DNA of 64,000 nucleotides from positions 22,382,001 to 22,446,000 of the forward strand of contig CM119379.1 in NCBI GenBank assembly GCA_051294905.1, in the 5' to 3' direction. Positions 49,532 to 60,900 of this stretch are shown piece by piece; position 1 is the first letter of the stretch; each line of letters starts with the position of its first letter. The notes below the pieces were generated by a model. The model saw only the letters and a list, made by a program, of their open reading frames with translations, had not been told where the DNA came from and made no database searches. Made by a program: the position numbers and the translations under genes. This DNA is from Botryllus schlosseri (Eukaryota).

Positions 49532-51953
49532 GTATAGAAATTAATCATCATTGATTTTACCTTGTATATTTTATGTTGTTCTCTCTATGTATGATGATGC
49601 GGTTACCGATGTTAACCAAATCCTTACACGATGTCTGCCGTTCAGGCATAGATTCATTCGATGATTTCTGGATGTTCTGCTATCGTATAGTTCTAGGATC
49701 AGTCGAATTTGAATCGCGACCATCTGCTGCCGAAACACTCAAAGTTATCCTCGAGTCGTCCATACAGGGTAAATTTGTTATCCTGCAAAATTAAGTATTG
49801 CTATATTTTCCCTAATATATACGATGTATTCAAACGTTGTATTTACGCTATACACCCACCCTCTCTTAAACCTTTGTTGCCTATATAATAATCTCAGCGA
49901 CTAGGCATTTTTTAGATAACGATAGTGTCGAATTATAGTATTTGAAAATTGACAAAACAATTGCGATAGGCTATCTATAGTATGTAATCTATTCAAATAT
50001 TTCGCTCGGATAATACTACGAAACAGGCGTGGCCTTCAATATACCATGAGTTTGTAAACAATATTACAAGTATAATTGTATATAATAGCCTGTGATAGGA
50101 ATATAAAGACTAATAAAAATGTCTGTGAGAGTAATTTCTGCGTCTGCCCTGTCTAAATCGATCGATTAGATACAAATCATTGTATATGCTCATGGTTATA
50201 GTCAGGTTGACTCCTTTAAAAAGAGTGTGGGCTGGCTATGGGATATGTTGGGTTCTACGTAAGGACTGAGGACTGCTCCAAAGCATGAATATGTATAGTT
50301 TTCACGTTTTCGCCACCTGATGCGATTAATGCCTAAATTGAAAAGGGAACGCTGGTAAGTCAGGGGGATAAGCGTTGGTTGGGATAATTAACAGCTATGT
50401 AGACCAACAACCATTACTTGACATATTTATTGGTACATATGAATTTATCCGAGACATACATAGTATCAAGTCACAGGAAGTATGGTTTCTAATTTGTGTG
50501 AGCATTGTGCAGTGTGCACACAACTCAATGGGCACTGATTGTATCAAACCTTGATCATGTAGGCTACGGAGGACATTTCATACCTCAAACCATCGAATTC
50601 CTAACCGGAAAGATCGAGTGAATTACGCCGACCTGCAAATCACATGCAGGTCTATGAATGGCATAACCCTTTATTAAAGCAATAGAAACAATAAAATGAA
50701 ACGAAAACTAGTTTATAGTATTCGAATAAAAGGATATATTGAAAATAATACTCCATATCGTATGTGATTATCGCAGAATTTTTCAAATTCTTATTTCAAA
50801 GAGAAGTCTGAATTAACTTGAAGCCATAAGTATCCGAGATCAGTAAACCTGCGTAATAAGGAGCAAGACATCGAGGCAGATTTCTACCTATAGGTGAATG
50901 TGCGACACGGGTTTCGATTGACCTAAATTGATATCATGATTGGCTTCTATCACCTCTACGCAAACATAGAACTTCATTCCTTAAAAGTTAGAACATGTTG
51001 ATCTAATGTTTGCTCTGTACCAGATTAGAATCGATGATCATCTCACCACCACTATCTTTGGATTTCGAATGCGGCGCAGGTCTGAAATATTGTGGTGTTC
51101 GTGTTAAAAATAGGCTCTGATGCAAGTTACGGGTAGACAGGCTCTCGCAGTAGTGATTCTTGTGTATGTTGCGATTGATCACGTTTTCTGTCAATTTACA
51201 TCTCAATCGTCGCAATCAACAATTCTGGTAAGCAAGAGATTTTGGGACAAATAAGTCTCCATTGAATTATCTCTCTTTCTCTATCCCACCATTACGTAAA
51301 TATAGTCACTAGTAGGCGATTGGACTTCGCTAGTCGCTACGCTATCACAACAACGCTTTGCTACGATGCAGGTTATGGTTGGTTTTCGCCAGGCTCTGGA
51401 ACCTGCAACTGGAAGTATTCTTGAGGAATTCAATTATGTTCCGGGGAATAGCTAAACAGGAATGCTAATGGTAGAAGGGATAGATAATCTTTGAATCTAA
51501 TCGAATTATCGCCTTCACCAAAGCACGGCATAGTAATTACAGTAGGCCTACAATAGCATTACAGTGCCACTGTGGCTGTGATCGCATTTCTATAGAGTTG
51601 ATGGTGAAAGTGAATATCACTACATATGCAAGGTAAAAACTCGTGTCCGATGAATCGAACTGATTTGCATTGAATAAATTGAGTAGTTTCCGGAAACAGT
51701 AAGATCCAAGAAGCAAGAATAGAGATTGAAATTGTCTTGCGCTCGATGTTACAAATTATCCCTTAATTTCAGTCCGCAATGTCTGCGATTTGGGCCTAAA
51801 CTTCCGCATGGTTTGCCATTTTGTGTCGGTGGCTCTTTCTTTCTGACAATGATGAATGTACTGGAATATCTAAAATCTAGTTAGTTTATATGCGTAACCC
51901 TGTTCCAACGAGCCCATGGAATTATCCTACCATACTACTCACCATACTTTCAG

Positions 51954-54900
51954 CGTCAGGCCTGGAATTTTGGTTCAAGACGCCAACAAAGAGCATGGCA
52001 AGCAAATCAGGAAAGAATCAGCAGGAGGTACGAGAAAAATCTTCTCAATTTACAAAGTCAAATGTTTTCACTCGAGAGCAGATTGAGTTCATCGATTTCG
52101 GCAACAATAAACGAGCGTTTAACAGGTTGGTTTTGGTACCAATAGCTTCCACATTGTGGCTATAGACTTAACAACGCAATCCATTGCAATACTATTTACT
52201 GAATTGCGAGATTATGGAAATACTGCATTATTGATGTGCGGGCACATGTTGAAGCAGTTAAAAAGAACTTGTTTCGTTTTCTGCATATGTTAAACAAGCC
52301 AAGTTCACATATTTCCATCAACCGCTAACGCATTTCGCCAGGACTGATATAGCCCCATGATAGTAATGCAGAAAGTAAATTCTCGCAATTGAAATATCTT
52401 TCAAATGAAATGCCCTTCCGAACCTGTTTGAAACTATGAAGAGATTTGTGTTATCTCATCTCTGCAGATGTATGAAGGTGAAAACTATGCTTGCTATCCT
52501 AATATTATTAGACTTGCATAGAAGATGTAGCAGTGTTCAAGTTAGTTGTTGATGTGGACATAACATACAATCTTTGCTCCCAACCTTACAATCTCTAGGC
52601 ATACGAATATGTAGTATTCTGGTTAGGTTGCCTAATGTGTGTGTGTAATTTGCTAAGCTTTTGTAGTGAAGTCTTTATGAATTTATCCAAATGTGATTAA
52701 GCATAGTATAAATTACATGCATGCCATTTTACGGCTTCCGTCTAGAGATATGAAATCATCAAGTCAACTGCAATCTGAGTATAACAGAAAAATAAGTCGT
52801 GGTAGACCAGCACATTTTTGTTAGCTGTTGCATTGTTGTTACACCAGATCACATGCTTACTATACTACTATGCATTTATGACATGATAGGATGGGTACTC
52901 TTTTTACTCTGTAGATATCGTTTCACCACCAAGTATCCAGAACTCAGAACTTCGTATAATAACTGGGAGACTGGACAATGTAGAAGGTGAATTACAGGCA
53001 CTTCAAGACCAACCGCACGTGACTGGAAATGCATGGGCAGGAAGTGAAAATGTCAAAGGTGGGTTCCACAGCAGAAATGCTGTATGGATTCATGAAATGA
53101 TAATGAAAAGTTGAAAAATATTGGAAGTCAATTGCCATAATTTATGGGCCTACTATTAGCACATATCCCCTTCTATGCTGTAGAATAGAAATCAGTATGT
53201 TATACTGAACCATTGTAGTCTTATCTGGACTCTGTTTCAGCTGTTACATCCAGAATCACGAACTTGGAAGAAGCTATCGAATTTCTCAGCAGCGCAGTTG
53301 GTGATAGATCTCTCACACAAGAAAACTCGACGGAATACAATGATATACCAAAGCATAGGTATAATTTTATTTGATTTTTGAAAAACTGAAAGTCAATTGT
53401 TGAGCTACCATAATTATATCAAAACGATTTCATGTTATTATTTGTTCATAGCTGATAAGCGTCATATTCATATCATGGATGAAATCCTGCAACTCAAATG
53501 TTATTCCTTGGTCTTTGTCCGTAGGCAATCAGACATTTTTGCACTCCATACAAAATGTGAAGAGTCTGTAGAGAATCTTCGCAAAGAAGTGTACAGGAAT
53601 ATAAGCAAAATTTCTGGAAGCAGCCTGCGTCAAATAAAACAGGTGAGACTGGATGAATATCATTCATGGAACATTGGTATAAACAATCATAAGAGACACA
53701 ATAAATTGATTTCAATTCATAATAGTCAGAGATGCGGAAATTAGTTGTTGATGGCACAGATTCTCAAGTACACATAATCGACTGCTTGAATCACAAAACG
53801 GCAGGTATGAAAAGTACTCAAGGAGTTCTAATGAGTAGATTAAGTGAGAATCATCTTCACAATTGACACAGCATCGATAATGACATCACAAATAGGCTCA
53901 ATTTTCGAAATTATATTTTTTATTCCACATTCACGGGCTGTGTTCTACGTCGTAAAGTTCACATACGAATTTCACACGTACCAGTGGTACTAATCCCCTC
54001 GAATGCTGCATTCAATCTGATAAAATTTAAATTGCAAAGTCCTCAAAAACTGCTGAAGTAGAAGTGAAAATACCGTGGTCTAATAGCATCACTACTCGAG
54101 AATGTAGTGCAAATAACCAAAATATGCTTATGTACTTGAAGAACTTCTCGGAGGTACATAACTTCAATTCACAATTGAATAGTGTACTTGGCTACACTAA
54201 ATAAGTAGAAGTATGCCACTTCTTTACTGGCCACCTCTGGAAATAGCTGGTATTACCTTTATACATCAAAGCTGAAATTGATGAATACCAACATCCTTAG
54301 GGTCATCTAACAACAATTTGGTCATATAATTGTATCAATTTATTGTTTTTCATCTTGTTTTTCCAGCGAAAGCTACGGTAAACTATTTTGATTTTCTTAG
54401 AATCATGATATATCAAAGAGAAGCAGCCCGCTAGACAGAGAGACTTCATTACAGTATAACGGCAACGATGTTCAACGTCATATGATTGGTGCGGACCTGT
54501 ACCACGATTACCCGGCAGACGATAACTCAACCTTAACAAAGAGAGGAGTAAATGATGATGCAGGAAATCGAATCGATGGCGGCGGCGATCCGCAATCGAA
54601 TTCGGAAACGAGACAGATTTTGGACGGCATCAACTTCCGGCTTTCGAGTCACGAAACTTTCCTCTCCGATCTCCTGGAAATGTACACCAACAACTCGCTG
54701 ATTTTGACGGGCTACGAGAATCGTTTCAACACGATCGTGACGGCGTTTAACAGGGCGGACAGGAAAGACACGGAGCTCAATGGCGGCATCAGGTCGAACA
54801 GGAGAATGCTGGAGTCTTTCGCCAAGTCCTTCAGAGAACTTGTCCTCGACAGCAGGAGGCAGAGCTCGGCGATCGTTCAGTTGCGGAAAAGAATCAGGAA

Positions 54901-57900
54901 TATAGAAGGCGAGACGCGTTATTTTTATCGGCGTGCAACTGGTGTTACATGATAACTGATAATTAGGGCGATTTTTTTGTTGACCTAAAACGGAAGATTT
55001 TGACCGAAAAAATTAAAATTTTGACTTTTTTTGACCTTGTAAAACTTGATTTTGACAAAATTTTGACCTCATGTATGTGAATTAGGTGTTTGCGCACATA
55101 ATGTTGGAATTGTACTACTTATCTTCATTTCTGGTTGGAACTGCCTGTTCTTAAGAAGTAATTTGGCCTCAAAAAACTTCTTCGACTCGAAAACTGACAA
55201 TTTTTTACATGAAAAAACTTTATTTTAACGAAACCTGGACCTATGAAGAATTCCAGTAGTTGAATCATGCATTATGGTAGAAATAATTAAAATTTGTTGT
55301 AGTGCAACGAAAGATACTTTCATACCTTCTCGGGTAGAAAGTGTCTGTCCTTACCAAGTAGCTTGCCGAGAACGGAGAAAGAACGTTCAACAGCAGCAGT
55401 TGTTGGCTGACAACACTGAAGTTGTGCGTACACTGCTGGTGGACAAACCGTGTAGCTTCATTCTGGCAATGGTGTCTACATCACAATTTTTCATCACGCG
55501 CTTCTTGATATTAGAACCATGCAATGCCCACGCAGTCTTGCTTCAGTTGGGATATTGCGGTACGTTCACGTTGAGTATGACACCATGTCAACCTATTTAT
55601 TTCATTTGAATGTTTATGATTTACAATGAGCAGACAATGGATCGTCTACAACGGTAGGCCTATAGAGTAGGCTACAAGCTGTAAAATGTCAAATGCTAAG
55701 TTCACCGACAGTGCAAAATCTACGATACAAATGAAATGCAGGTTGCAAAAAAGTTTTAACTTTGTAAACAATTTTGACATTTTTTGACATGTCAGAAAAA
55801 AATCGCCCTGATGATGAGGAATTTACATTTAAAATTGAAACACTTGGATCCATCTGTAGTCTGCCTACTATAGTCCCAACATGCATTGGGTAGTTATTAC
55901 AAATTTTATATCTTCTTTTTCCACATGATGGGGTTTTGTTTGGCAAAGAAAGCTCTTCTGGTTCATTATGAGTAAAGTTGACAACACAATCTAGGAATCC
56001 AGTACTTTTGTGCCATCTGTGACCATATTTCTTTTCTCTGTTTGCGCCATATTAGAAGAGCTCATTAGTGACCTGTTGTATGACTTGTCAACTTGTAAGA
56101 TTAGATTCTCCTTAAATATGTGCTTTTCTCTCCATCCTTCCAGGTGCCTCGCCGAAAAGTTTTGCCCGCGCCACTGATCTTCAATCTCTACGCCAGTATG
56201 TGGATCAGACCATATCGAGATTGAGTAGTAATGAACCCAGCACAACACAGAGAGCAATGGTATCAAACGAAACCATCAAGTCAATCGTGAAATCCACAAT
56301 ATCTACTCTACATGACTCGGTAGTTCGTAATCAAGAAGCTATTGATGGTATGAAGAATCTGCGTAGAACTGTCCGCATTCTGGAATCGGAGGTATCAATA
56401 TGGCGTCTTAGCCTTATTTATCACATTTTGAAAAATTTGAAGGATGTATAATATGAAAGTCACGCTACTGCACTGGTACAACTGCGCTTATCTCGGTGGG
56501 AGTCGTGTTATTTATGGATTGTTTATCAATATCTACATTTTGAGGGAAATTACATTTAAAAAAAATGTCATTTTAGGGCATCACATATAAGATGGTTGAA
56601 ACTTTACATATGTTCAAAATTAGCATACCATGGTCTGCTATGAACTTCAATAATAATTTCATATTTATGAAAAATATTCGAATTATGTCATTTTCAGATG
56701 GCGAGTTATTCATCGGAAGTCGAGTCCATCCCCGAACTCCGTAGCGATGTCGCGGGTATTGTAGCCATGAAAAACTTGGTGTTACGCAACTCGGCTGACA
56801 TCAGCAAGATCCATCAGTCCGTTACGACCGGAGAAGTCTCTTTGATCGAGTTTTATTCGAAACTGAGTAGTCTTGACAAAACCGTTCAGAATCTGCAGAT
56901 ACAAGCGTCCGACATTGCGTAAGTGGGTAGTGATTTTATCTGTTCTCCCAGAGTACCGGCTATGCATTTCATATGGTCTTTTACGCATTGAGCAAATATC
57001 GTCTCTGAAATTAGTTTTGATTGTCAATTTTACTGACGTGAACCTAGCGGAGTGTACGTGCGTACTAGGGCTCTTCAAAAATGACTTTTTTTCTCAAATC
57101 GCACTGGCTACTTGATAAAATTGTTAGGTTACCTAATTTAAGCCTGCACACCAAATTTGGTTCAATTCCAACCAGTAGCCGCATTGCTACAGGAGAAGAA
57201 AGTTTCTATTTATTACATAAAAATAAATGACAAAAACTTTGAAAATTTTCTGTTCACCCCATGAAAGTGTTAGGTTGTCTCTAGAAAGGATGTTCACCAA
57301 ATTTGGTTCAATTCCAACCAGTAGAAGCGGAGTTATTGCCGTCGAAAAAGTTGGATTTGAATAAAATAGTATTTACTGTAATAAATAATTAAAGAATTGG
57401 TCACCGTAAATACTATTTTATTCATAATCCAAATTTTCCGACGGTAATAACTCCGATTCCACTGGTTGGAATTGAACCAAATTTGGTGTGTAGGCTTAAA
57501 TTAGGTAACCTAACAATTTTATCAAGTAGCCAGTACGATTTGTGTAAAAAAGTCATGTTTTAAGACCCCTAGTGTGTACATTAATACGATTTCCTCCCGT
57601 AGAATACTAATGTTCTCAAATCTTAAATCATTTAAAGATGATTTTTCTTTCTACTAGAATCGACACCTCTGCTCTGCACCGCGACATCAGCAGACTCAAT
57701 AGCTCAGCGTTAGATGCAGCTTACGGCTTCTCAAATTTCAAAAACATTGTTGGGTACAACATTTCTCAAGTCATGTACGACGTCAAAGATGTATCTTCCG
57801 CATTGGCAACTACTGATATCCGAGTGAAACGCGTGGATGCTAAGATCAGTAATTTGAAACTTGATGTCGACAATCGAGGCACGTCACTCCAATTGTATAA

Positions 57901-60900
57901 AGCCGGGGTTAATGCGTCTTTTCACCAAGTGGGCAACCGTCTCTCTCAGATTGACTATTCCATTACTCAAGCCAACGATATGATATCGAACACCAACACT
58001 AGATTTGATGAGGAAGTGGACTCCTTCAACCGCAAGACAGGCAAAAACACAGATTTAATCCAAGATTTAACCGGTGATGTCGGAGATTTGAGATCAACCT
58101 GGGAAAGAACACAAGAAGAAGATTTCGGCGCTACTACTGAACGAAATGAAATCATGTCCAGACTGGATGTCTTGACTGGTATGTGTAGTTAGTTATGTTG
58201 TTTATATATTGGTATGTGTTGTTTATATATTCAAATTTTGTATGACACAATATTTTGACTTCCGTTACAGCTAACGTTGGAAATCAGGCTAGGTCTGTGA
58301 CGGCTCTACAGGGCCAAGTTGAAAGTTCCGGATTGGCTCTGGTCACGATGGAGTCGCGTCTCAATTCCTTGGAAAGCGTGGCCAATCGCTTTGGCGATTT
58401 TGAAGAATCTACAAATAGAAGACTCAGAACAGAGGTAACGCTGTGGCATTTTACGACTGTGGATGATATTGTCATTTGTGACTTTATGGTACTATGATGC
58501 TGCAAATTATTGTCAATACTTCATGCATACACAATACGACGTAAAGATTGTCGTAAATTTCAAGACAAATGTCACATGTATAGTATATCACCTTCTTAGT
58601 GTTGTATTTCCTGCTGTACAGAGCAATATTTACGGAGAGGAATTTATAAATTCACTGTGGGATAACCATTTCAGATATTGTCATATATGGGATTAATTCC
58701 AATAACCTCTCAATTTACTGGTATAACCTCTTTCTGATTCGTGCTCTTGTGTTTGGTAACAGCCATCTTAAAATTTGAGTGCTCGTTCTCATGAAGAAGC
58801 CTGTTGAAAGCTGTTTACAGCAAACGTTGTATAATACATAACTACAACATCATATTATATCCATTTCCATAAGATGAATGCGACGAGGGAAGTTAGGCAA
58901 AAGATTTTGGAGCAGTTCTCCAGGCTGGAAAGCATCGACACGCAAATGAACGAGTTGGTAAATTCGGTTCACATAGCGCAGAACAATATTATGGCTCAAC
59001 GAGGTGATTTCAAGTCTTTGCTTGACCGCTCAGCAAACCAGTCACAATCTCTGCGAAGGCTCACTCAAAGACTACACAACGACTTTACAGGTTGGTAATT
59101 GGGTATGTACAGTTACATACTAGTGTCGAGTATTGAGCATAAGCTTGCCGTGTGTATAGTGTACATCAGGAATGCGCACTGCTTGCAGTGGTGCGATTTA
59201 CTTATTTGATGCAGAGGTTACTGTGGTCTCCCAACCTGCTGACTGAATAATATCACTGCTCCACCTTAATGATACCACATTTTCGGGTCTGCTTACTAAA
59301 GAAAAGCCCAAATGCAGCGTATAGCTGTTTATTCTTCAATATGGTGTTAATTTTGGTTGACTTTAGCCCTAATCCAGTCGATTTGGTGTCGACATCGAGC
59401 TTTTTTAGTATATAGCCTAGTAGTATTAGTATTGGTACACGGTGTGGCCGAAAGGTTCTGGCAATCTACTGAAAAAGCTAAACAATCTTCCGGAAATGGC
59501 TTTGCGATATACTGATTTATCCTAATCGCCATAATGACCATTGACCATTAACCACACTTGGGGTACAGCAACAATTCTTCCCTGATTAAAATGTTTGCAA
59601 AGTGTATCTTGGCCTGTATTAAATTTCAATAGACAGATAGTTGTTCTATACGCTGATTCTTGTCACAAGTCTTCAAAGGTTTGTACTCCCCATCGGTCAC
59701 CAAGAGACCTGATCATGTCCAACAGATATGTCTGTCTGTGCAGGAACCAATGTAACGAGAGAGTTGTATCGTAAAATTAACGAGCTTCACCGAATGATTG
59801 GGAGCGTGAAAGGTGAAATTAATGCCTTCTCGGCCAAAGCGACGGCTCAAAAAGCGCGGTTTGAAGATATCGAGAGTGACGTTTCCGAGTTACAAACTAG
59901 GTGGGTCATCGTGGAGCTGATCATTGGTGGCGTATTATTGTGATGCATAATTTTGATTATTCAACCTAAAATCAATAGATTTAGTGTTTGGTCTTTGTTC
60001 TGTTTTTCGACAATTAGAATTCAAGCATTTATTCAACGCAAGAAGTGAAGAAATCTTAAGATTTTTTAACCCTGTTCAGAAGCAAGTAACTCGACTAATA
60101 AATAATTCGTAAACTGTAAAAGCTTCACTTCAGAACAAATTTGAACAGTATTAAAGTACCTTTTGGATATGTGTTGTAGCGACTGGGAACACACAAATAA
60201 AAATACACGACAAGATGATTTGTTGAAGAGCTTGACATCTCAATTGGATCAGAGTAAAGAAAAAGGCCGATCGATGGAAGAGAGTCTTAGTACGACGGGA
60301 AGTCAGTTACAGCAAATTAAGCAGGTGCGGTGGAATAACGCCATTTCTACAACGCCCGTTAGCGCCACTTGGATTAACCGCGTTACAGATTGAATATTAT
60401 TTGACCGCCTTAGAAATTTTGTCAAGATAAATTTTATTTGTGTCCGCAGCGTGTAAGATACATTTGTGGGCAGTGTTTAACTTTTTCTTTCAAATTTTCT
60501 CGCCACCCCATGAAATTGTTAGGTTGCCTCGAAAAACACTTTACATAAAATTTGGCTCGATACCAACCAGTGGAAGCAAAGTTATTAAACTAGAAAATTT
60601 TGGGTTTGACTAAAATAGCATTTACGGTGGGTAGTTTTATAATAAATAATGATTATAATATATATTTATTTTTATTTCATAAATCCAAAACACCAATGCT
60701 TGTACAGGTTGGAACTGGGCAAAAATAGGTGTGCAGCGGTTATTTAGGCAGCCTAGTAATTGTATCATGTACCCGATATAGTTTGAAAAGAAAAGTTATA
60801 TTTGAATTGCTCTATTTCATTGTGAAATTACTATGAAAACAAAGAATTTATACCGTTTATGTCATATTTTACTTCCCACCCTTGAATGTATTTTTTCCGT

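Noticed and set aside
49573-51450. EMI domain or signal peptide for the coiled-coil gene
   Set aside because: Several candidate micro-exons exist, but I could not assemble an unambiguous frame or the EMI cysteine pattern.
51890-52165. ORF-track frame MRNPVPTSPW... as the first exon of the coiled-coil gene
   Set aside because: A different frame (RQAWNFGSRR...LESRLSSSISATINERLTG) is coiled-coil-like and gives the phase needed for the next exon.
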